DNA of 64,000 nt from Flectonema sp. DT1601. Taxonomy: Eukaryota. Below, piece by piece: positions 12,759-22,161 of this stretch. Under the pieces are notes generated by a model that was given only the letters and a program-made list of their open reading frames with translations, did no database searches and had not been told where the DNA came from. Location of the stretch: positions 124,001 through 188,000 of the forward strand of contig OZ025780.1 of assembly GCA_964019425.1 (NCBI GenBank), given 5' to 3'. Position numbers and translations under genes: made by a program. Positions within the stretch are counted from its first letter, which is position 1. Every line of letters starts with the position of its first letter.

Positions 12759-14744
12759 ATTTTTCTTTGTTCCCACCTTATGATTTTCTTGAAGAAAGAA
12801 AATAGAAGTCATAATGGTGCTTCCCTCTGGAAGGGTTGTAAGCCATGGTGTCCAACTAAATTAAAGGACAAGTCTGGGATAATCCCTGCCAGAGGGGCGA
12901 GTATTCTACCATGGTTGAAATACTCTGGCAACTGATCTTCAATTTTATGTTGTTTGTTAGCTGCTGGTGTATCTTGATCATGTGTTGATACTTGCATATG
13001 TTTATTTGTAATCTTCTATTACAATTCTCTTTCTGTTCTGGTCTGTTACTTCATTTGTCTTTTTTAACTTCAGTTATATCCATTTTACTTTTTATTGTTT
13101 CCCATCTACCTTTTATTTTCTATTAGTTCTGGTCAGAAACTCCTGGGCAGCAAGAAGGAAAGCAGTTAAGTACTTCTGGGTGTTTGGCATCACCCCCCAT
13201 AGTGAGCAAGTACAACAGGTAGCATTGGTAGTCTGTTGATCCTGAGTGATCCCAGCTACAGTTTTGTTTTTCTTTCTTTTTTTTAGAACAAGATCAGGAC
13301 ATCCAAGCACTGCTGGATAGTTGCTGAATGCAGGGCCTGCCTGTGATTATAATAACAGGCTAAGTCATTTGTAGTTCATAGTTTACCTTTGATTTTATAA
13401 CTTCACATAGGTACTATGAACGATGAGAGATCCAGTGGGATCACTCAGGGTCTAGTAGAGACCACCAATGTTGTGCGTTGATAGGCAAGGTGACCAACCT
13501 TGACATTCTTTCTTTTCTCTCCTGTTGTGACAAACACAAAATACACACACAGCTTACAGTGTGTTCTTTGTGTATGTTTTCTTCAGGTGTGAGTAGTTTT
13601 TTTGTTCTTGCTCTTCAGGGAGGGCCTTAGCCAAAAGCTAACAGTCCAAATCTCACCTGGTAACTTAACCCTGAAGCATCGTAGGCTACCAGTTTCCTTC
13701 GAGAATCCGCAGATGGTGCAGGGCTAAACCGAGATGAGGAAGATAACACCCGCACACGGATGTTGAGATAACGTTTGTATGATGTTCATCCGGCTTGACG
13801 AGATTAGCAAAGACAAATACTCACGGATAGGTTGGGTTGTTCGTCAGGTCCTGATAGTTTTCTCAGCCTCTGGAAGTTTTACTGAGTGTATGTTTTCTTC
13901 AGGTGTGAGTAGTTTTTTTGTTCTTGCTCTTCAGGGAGGGCCTTAGCCAAAAGCTAACAGTCCAAATCTCACCTGGAAATTCAACTCAGTCCTTGTCAGT
14001 TTTGGCATCAAACCTGTAATGGTTTAATCATTACAGGTTATTTACTGAAATATTTGTTCTAAAAGTTGCTAAGTATTTCTCACTTAGAAATTTTTTATTT
14101 TTTTATTTTCAGCTTAATTAGCTACAAATTGTTTCTACTAAGTGTTTCTCACTTAGATTTTTTTTTTTGCTTTTCAGCTCCTTAAAAGCTGCTAAGTGTT
14201 TCTGCTAAGTGTTTCTCACTTAGAATTTTATTGTTATGTTCGTTTTCTATCCCCTCTTCTATCCCTTTTGTTCAAAAAAAGCGATGAGAAATTTCTCTCA
14301 TTCATGCTAAGATGCACTCTGAACTTTGATTTTTTGATCTGAGTGTGAGGGAATGACCTGTTAGTGCATTGGGCATAAGCTGGGCTGCAGTTTAGATGTC
14401 TTAGGTGTTAATAGGGGGTTCCTCTTAGCATTTTTCTTTGTTACCACCTTGTGATTTTCTTGAAGAAAAAAAATAGAAGTCATAATGGTGCTTCCCTCTG
14501 GAAGGGTTGTAAGCCATGGTGTCCAACTAAATTAAAGGGGAATTTCGATAAAGTGGGAAGTAACGGACTGGGAGCTTTTGGCTCCTGCCCTATTCCCGAT
14601 GTAAACTTTCTTTTTATTTTTATTTTTTTTTTTTAACAGGCCCAAAGGGCGACAATGATGGTTGCTGACCAAGGAATAATATTCAAATGAATTTTCGTTT
14701 CAAAGAAACGAACAGAATTGAGAGAGAGGCAGAGAAAAAAAAAA

Positions 14745-16315
14745 GGGCAAACTAGTGTTTACTACACAAATAGTTTCAGAACTAACCATTCATTACAAAA
14801 TCCAAAATGGCTGGGGGACCCAAAAACTGTATATGGGATGCATCGAGACCCGCACCTGTCTTTAAGAGCGGATGTGGTTCAGCGGAGGGAGCACTGACTT
14901 TGGATACCCGACGCCCAGGCTCAATCCCGACCAACGTCATTTTTTTTTTCACCGGATTTTTTCACCCAGAATAGGTATTAAGCTGGGGTATAGTGCAAGG
15001 GGGGGGCTTGCGTTCCGCCAAGAACTTGGCGGAACGCAAGCCCCCCCCCCAACCCCCCCCAAGGGGGGGGAGCCACTAATAAAAGCCAACCTCTCCCGTA
15101 CAAAGTCCAACCTCAAAAAACAAATTTGCTACTAATGGATATTAAGCTGGGAAGAGTGCAAGGGGGGGCTTGCGTTCCGCCAAGTTCTTGGCGGAACGCA
15201 AGCCCCCCCCCCAACCCCCCCCAAGGGGGGGTTGTATGTTCGATTTTGTAAAAATTACAACTGTGTTGTATCATAAAAACATAAAGATAATTTAACATTA
15301 GTTTTAAATACAGTGACTAAGGGTGATGCGCAACTTAGCATATTAAAGTAACTATAGGTTTCGAGAGTAATCCATATACCTCTTACCTCTATTCTCTCTC
15401 ATCAGTATGGTGTAGAAGTAAGTCAGTCAAATGTTGAGACTGAGTCATTCCAGTTTGCAGGACTGGAATGTAGTTACTTTGTGTTTCATGTTCATAAATA
15501 AAAAAAACATATTTTTTGCTGTTACTAGTTCGTAGCTCACTACTAGTGGAGCACTTTTCTACAATACATGTAGAAAGTGTTTTTAATTATCAAAGTCTGA
15601 TAATTGTTCCTTAGCATCAGGGATATCTGGAGTTGAAGATCTCTGTGAAATACTCATATCATCTGAAGAATCATGTTCATCTTGTTTGCTTCTTTTCTTT
15701 CGAGTATTTCTTCTGAGCATCGGTCTCATTGGACTCTGCGAGTTGAGTCTTTTTACCAATTTCAGTTTCTTCTTTTCCTTTCCCTTTGCTAATTTCTGTT
15801 TTTGTACTTCTTTAAGTTTCATTTTCTGTGCCAACTTATGTTCAGTACACTCATTTTTAAGCCTTTTCCGGTTGCTCAGGTATTTTTTGATTCTCACAAT
15901 TCGCATTGGACTCTGTGAGTTCAGTCTCTTGTTACCGCTTCTCTCTGGTTCATCAGCGACCGTTTGTGTTCCAAGGGGGGGGAGCCACTAATAAAAGCCA
16001 ACCTCCCCTGTACAAAGTCCAACCTGAAAAAACAAGTTTGCTACTAATGGATGTTAAGCTGGGGAAGAGTGCAAGGGGGGGGCTTGCGTCCGCCAAATTC
16101 TTGGCGGGACGCAAGCCCCCCCCCCAACCCCCCCCAAGGGGGGGGAGCCACTAATAAAAGCCAACCTCCCCGTACAAAGTCCAACCTGAAAAAAAAATCA
16201 GGAAAAAAAAAAAATGCCCTCACCCAGGATCGAACTGGACGGTTTACAGCCATTTTGGATTTTGTAATGAATGGTTAGTTCTGAAACTATTTGTGTAGGA
16301 AAGACCCCTTTACCC
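14745..16315. mobile_element. Non-autonomous TIR element (MULE-like), inserted in a poly(A) run
   Basis: ~70 bp imperfect TIRs with GGG termini and core ctacacaaatagtttcagaactaaccattcattacaaaatccaaaatggctg. Absent from the equivalent sites at 38825, 49650 and 60210. Confidence 0.85.
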
Positions 16316-16564
16316 AAAAAAAAAAAAAAAAAAAGAAAGAATAGAAAAAAAAAAATATGAAGAGGAAATAATCAAACATGAAAAAAAAAAAAAAACAAAA
16401 TATAAATAAAAAACGTTGTATGAAAAAGGAAAAAAAGAAAAAAAAAAGACCAGAAAAGGAAAGAGAAAATGAAAAGGTATAATATTATTGTGGGGATATG
16501 AGGATAGCAGGGAGATGCTCTTTTTTTTTTTTTTTTTTTTTTTTTATTTATTATTTAAAAAAAG

Positions 16565-16659
16565 GAAACAATCAGTTTAGCGTCTCGATCAGGACGGAAA
16601 ATAGAAATTAATCGACATAGTCGATCGATAGAAAAAAAACAATGATAACATTGTTTATT

Positions 16660-16693
<34 letters not shown>

Positions 16694-16947
16694 CTTTTAA
16701 TTATTTTAAAGAAAAAACAATCAGTTTAGCGTCTTGACCAGGACGGAAAATAGAAAGTAATCGACATAGTCGATCGATAAAAAAAAAACAATGATAACAT
16801 TGTTTATTCCTTTTTTTTTTTTTTTTTTTTTATTCTTTTCATTTATTTTTAAAGAAAAAACAATCAGTTTAGCGTCCTGACCAGGACGGAAAATTGAAAG
16901 TGATCGACATAGTCGATCGATAAAAAAACAATGATAACATTGATTAA

Positions 16948-16980
<33 letters not shown>

Positions 16981-17769
16981 TTTTAATTATTTTTTAAAGA
17001 AAAAACAATCAGTTTAGCGTCTTGACCAGGACGGAAAATAGAAAGTGATCGACATAGTCGATCGATAAAAAACAATGATAACATTGTTTATTCTTTTTTT
17101 TTTTTTTTTTTTTTTTTTTAATCCTTTTTATTATTTTAAAGAAAAAACAATCAGTTTAGCGTCTTGACCAGGACGGAAAATAGAAAGTGATCGACATAGT
17201 CGATCGATAAAAAAACAATGATAACATTGTTTATTCTTTTTTTTTTTTTTTTTTTTTAAATTCTTTTTATTTATTTTTAAAGAAAAAAAAACGGAAAATA
17301 AAAATCAGTCGACAAAGTCGAACGATAAAAAAAAAACAATGATAACATTGTTTATTCTTTTTGTTTTTGTTTTTTTTTATATTCTTTTTTATTAATTTTG
17401 AAAAAAAAACAATCAGTTTAGCGTCTTGACCAGGACGGAAAATAGAAAGTAATCGACATAGTCGATCGATGAAAAAAAAACAATGATAACATTGTTTATT
17501 CTTTTTTTTTTTTTTTTTTTTTTAATTCTTTTTATTTATTTTTTAAAAAGAAAAAAAAACGGAAAATAGAAATTAGTCAACAAAGTCGAACAATAAAAAA
17601 AAAAAAACAATGATAACATTGTTTATTCTTTTTTTTTTATTTTTTTTTTATATTCTTTTTTATTAATTTTCAAAAAAAAACAATCAGTTTAGCGTCTTGA
17701 CCAGGACGGAAAATAGAAAGTGATCGACATAGTCGATCGATAAAAAAAAACAATGATAACATTGTTTAT

Positions 17770-17802
<33 letters not shown>

Positions 17803-19410
17803 CCTTTTTATTATTTTTAAAGAAAAAACAATCAGTTTAGCGTCTTGACCAGGACGAAAAATAGAAAGTGATCGACATAGTCGATCGATAAAAAAACAAT
17901 GATAACATTGTTTATTCTTTTTTTTTTTTTTTTTTTTCTAAATCCTTCTTATTATTTTTTAAAGAAAAAACAATCAGTTTAGCGTCTTGACCAGGACGGA
18001 AAATAGAAAGTAATCGACATAGTCGATCGATAAAATAAAAACAATGATAACATTGTTTATTCCTTTTTTCTTTTTTTTTTTATTCTTTTTATTTATTTTT
18101 AAAGAAAAAACAATCAGTTTAGCGTCCTGACCAGGACGAAAATTAGAAAGTGATCGACATAGTCGATCGATAAAAAAACAATGATAACATTGTTTATTCT
18201 TTTTTTTTTGTTTTTTTTTTTTTTATTCTTTTTATTTATTTTTTAAAGAAAAAACAATCAGTTTAGCGTCTTGACCAGGACGGAAAATAGAAATTAGTCG
18301 ACAAAGTCGATCGATAACAAAACAATGATAACATTGTTTATTCTTTTTTTTTTTTTTTTTTTTTTTATTCTTTTTATTTATTTTTTAAAGAAAAAACAAT
18401 CAGTTTAGCGTCCTGACCAGGACGGAAAATAGAAAGTAATCGACATAGTCGATCGATAAAAAAAACAATGATAACATTGTTTAATCTTTTTTTTTTTTTT
18501 TTTTTTTATTCTTTTTATTTATTTAGAAAAAACAATCAGTTTAGCGTCTTGACCAGGACGGAAAATAGAAATTAGTCGACAAAGTCGATCGATAAAAAAA
18601 CAATGATAACATTGTTTATTCTTTTTTTTTTTTTTTTTTTTTAAATTCTTTTTATTTATTTTTTAAGAAAAAAAAGAAAATAGAAATTAGTCGACAAAGT
18701 CGAACGATAAAAAAACAATGATAACATTGTTTATTCTTTTTTTTATTTTTTTTTTTTATATTCTTTTTTATTAATTTTGAAAAAAAAAAACAATCAGTTT
18801 AGCGTCTTGACCAGGACGGAAAATAGAAAGTAATCGACATAGTCGATCGATAAAAAAACAATGATAACATTGTTTATTCTTTTTTTTTTTTTTTTTTTTT
18901 TTTAAATTCTTTTTATTTATTTTTTAAGAAAAAAAAACGGAAAATAGAAATTAGTCGACAAAGTCGAACGATAAAAAAACAATGATAACATTGTTTATTC
19001 TTTTTTTTATTTTTTTTTTTTTATATTCTTTTTTATTAATTTTGAAAAAAAAAAAACAATCAGTTTAGCGTCTTGACCAGGACGGAAAATAGAAAGTAAT
19101 CGACATAGTCGATCGATAAAAAAACAATGATAACATTGTTTATTCTTTTTTTTTTTTTTTTTTTTTTAAATTCTTTTTATTCATTTTTTAAGAAAAAAAA
19201 ACGGAAAATAGAAATTAGTCGACAAAGTCGAACGATAAAAAAACAATGATAACATTGTTTATTCTTTTTTTTATTTTTTTTTTTTTATATTCTTTTTTAT
19301 TAATTTTGGGAAAAAAAAAAACAATCAGTTTAGCGTCTTGACCAGGACAGAAAATAGAAAGTAATCGACATAGTCGATCGATAAAAATACAATGATAACA
19401 TTGTTTAATC
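16565..19410 (-). repeat. Hairpin satellite array in copy A 3' UTR (~145 bp and ~120 bp units)
   Basis: atcagtttagcg recurs at 16571, 16720, 16863, 17008 and onward. Short units lack the atcagtttagcgtcttgaccagg block. Confidence 0.95.
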
Positions 19411-20519
19411 TTTTATAATTTTTTATTTTTTTTTTTGTTTTAAAAAAAAAAAAAAAAACAAGCGGAATTGATCATAATGGGTGGTAGGGGTTGTTATAAC
19501 TTCGTTTGAAAATTCTTCTTTTTTGATTTCTTTTTTTTTTTCTTTTTACAGGAGTTAAGATCACTGTCAGGAGACAACACATTAACAAGAGCAGCAAGCA
19601 GAGTTGACACTATCAATTCAAATTTGAAATACCGGGAATTAATTTACAAGGAGGTATCTCAAGTGACTTGGTATCTCTAGCGTGTCGGTATCTCTGGAGT
19701 GCTGGTATCTCGTATGTGCGTTGGTATCTCATGAGTGATGGTATCTCTTGTGCATTAGAGAAACGAAAAAGAATGTCATGACCATGACGGAAGAATTGAG
19801 GAATTGAGTTAACATGTTCAATTTAACTTATTTAAACTTTTTTTTTTTTTTAACAGACCGTAACTATTTGAAAATAAAATGTAGATGGGAAACAGTGAAA
19901 AGTAAAATGGATGATAAAATTAAATGAGAAATATGACATAACAGACCAGATAGAGAGTATTAAAAGGAAATTGAAAAGGAAAAGAGAAACTAGGTTAACA
20001 CTTATTTAAAATTAAGACCGGTTAGTCAGTTTAAGGTCTTGACTAGGACCAACAAAAAAGAAAGAAAAAAAATTAACGATCAAGCTGAGCTGATCTTGTT
20101 TTTATTACAAATAGGGGAGCGGGAGGGATGGAAGGAATAGAGGAAAAAAAAAGAAAAGGTTGATCATTTGGATCTGATCGTCGAGAAGAAGAAATTATTT
20201 TAAAGGTTGATCGGTATAGCCGATCGTTGAGAAAAATAAACAGATATAAATACAATCAGTTTAAATTAAAAAAAGAAAAAAAGATTAACGATCAAGCTGA
20301 GCTGATCTTGTTTTTATTTAAAATTAGGGGAGCGGGAGGGATGGAAGGAATAAAGGAAAAAAAAAAAAAGGTCGATCAATTGGAACTGATCGTCGAGAAG
20401 AAGAAAACAATTATTTATAAAAAAAAAAAATGGTCGGTATAGCCGATCGTTGAGAAAAGAACAGATATAAATACAATCGGTTTTGGTGATCGACGAGTGG
20501 AGCGATCACTTGACAAGAA

Positions 20520-20912
20520 GGTAATTGTCCTTCCATGCTTTGCACCTGTCGAAATAATAAAACTTAAAAACTACACACGCACCAATAACAAGCGATTACA
20601 CTAGAACGCGCGATTGCAAGAACACCCTGGTTCAAGGTGGCTCGCTGCGGCGGGGTAACTGAAGTCCGTTTTCGTTGGACTCAGCTCCACCACGGGGTGG
20701 AGGGGTGAGGAGGGTGGGCTTCGAAAACGTGAGTGTGAGAGAAAGAAGTGATCGAGCTGTATAAAGAATTTCTTTTTGAAAAAATAGAAGGCTAAAGAAT
20801 ATATAAAAAATGTCTGTTGTTTTGTTCATTTTTCCAACTTCGGAATCATACACTTTTCTGTCTGATTCCTTTGATTATTTCTTTCCGGTGCTAAGCTTGG
20901 TGGAAAATTACC
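20520..20912. mobile_element. ~390 bp MITE with GGTAA termini (Merlin-like?)
   Basis: Absent from the other copies. ~40 bp imperfect TIR: ggtaattgtccttccatgctttgcacc versus ggtaattttccaccaagcttagcacc. No clean TSD. Confidence 0.65.
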
Positions 20913-21378
20913 TGAATGAATTCTAGAAAAAGAAAGGACCGATTAATTGGGGCTTTGATTGTATTCCCAAGGCATGTTTTTTTTTTTTTTTTTTTTATTA
21001 TTCATTTACATTATTATTTTTTTTTTTTTTTTTTAAATTAATAATCACATTTTGTTCAAAAATATTTCATATTAGAGTAAAAGAAAAAGAAAAAAAGAAA
21101 TAAGAGAAAAAAAAAAAAAAAACCATTGCTGGCCCCCTCACCACTCATAGAGGATGAGGAGGCCAGTAAGGCGTCACTCAAATCTATGCCAAGCCTTGGG
21201 AACTTGGATTGGGGTTTAGACCATTTATAATTAACAATTAACAATTAACCTGATTAACGTTATGATCTGACGGACATAAACATATCGATAAAATAATACA
21301 AACAAAAACGAACAATAAATAATAAATAAGCTAAAAAACTAAATAAACAAAGTGATGTGAAAGTAAGGAAAAAGAGAA

Positions 21379-22161
21379 TTACAAGGGGGTGGAGTCACCG
21401 TGAACGTCATCAGCAGAACATCTCCTTCGATTGTAACGATATCTTGATGGAGGGGTTCGTTTTTTCAGAGTTGAACGCTCAGACTTTCTCGGCGGAGTTT
21501 CATTTTCCTCATGTTCTTCTGTGTCTGGCGGACTCAAACCTTCTGCCCATGAAGCTAATTGGAACTTCAGGGCCGCAATTTGAGACCGTGCCAAGGCGAG
21601 TTGAGCATTTAAATCGCTCGCCAGTCCCGTTAACATCATGGATTGCTCAAGCTGCTCTGCGTGAGTTGTACACCGTTGGTGATTCAGCTCCGAGAGGCGA
21701 AGTTGGGCATCCAGAAGTTGTTCTGAGAGCTCTGCCGCTTTCTCGTTTGTTTCGAGAGAGTCATCTACTGCTCGACAGTAATTCTCGAGTAAGTCAATCC
21801 TACCCTCGGACCATTGTCTCGCAATAGGTGTATTCTCTTTAACGGAGATAACGTGACTCTCTTGTCGTAAAATCTTGGTCGGCGTGCGGTCGAGAGCTTC
21901 ACTCTGCGGCATTGTCGGAGGAATTGAGGCTAGAGGACAAAGAGGGGTGATATAATTAAGGGTAGGGATAAGGGGTTTAATAAGAGGAGTAAAAAGACTA
22001 CTCGTAGTTGTAAAGAGCGAGAGGTAGTTCTTTGCTATCTTCATCATAGCAACAGATTCATACAGAACGGGGGTTCGGGGGGAAACTTGTTGACTAAAGT
22101 GGGTCATACGGGGACGCGCGGCACGCAAACTCTCGACCTCCTGTTGAGTATAGAAAAGTCT
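21379..22161 (-). pseudogene. 3' part of copy A ORF2, cut off by the nested insertion
   Basis: Matches the last ~260 aa of the 1406 aa ORF. Confidence 0.9.

Larger units (their letters stand above)
11187..14538. repeat. ~1.7-2.2 kb tandem repeat of unknown nature (unit 1 and left part of unit 2)
   Basis: gattttataacttcacataggtac... recurs at 11187, 13391 and 63283. 12868-13390 matches 62441-63282 apart from a MITE insertion. Confidence 0.85.

Noticed and set aside
13250..13270. Spliced-leader exon (agctacagttt; also tgagtgtcta at ~12691)
   Set aside because: Only 10-11 nt matches to euglenozoan SL sequences, with no following splice donor.
16565..19410. CRISPR-like array
   Set aside because: The repeats are palindromic, but the intervening sequences are homopolymer linkers, not unique spacers. 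There are no cas genes and the context is eukaryotic.
16565..19410. Hammerhead ribozyme satellite
   Set aside because: Three stems per unit are suggestive, but I found no CUGANGA...GAAA core in the correct arrangement (only ctgattg). A descriptor search would be needed to exclude variants.
20521..20926. GT...AG intron or Helitron (CTAG end)
   Set aside because: Removing GT..AG does not restore the empty site, there is no 5' TC or A|T target, and TIRs explain the insert better.
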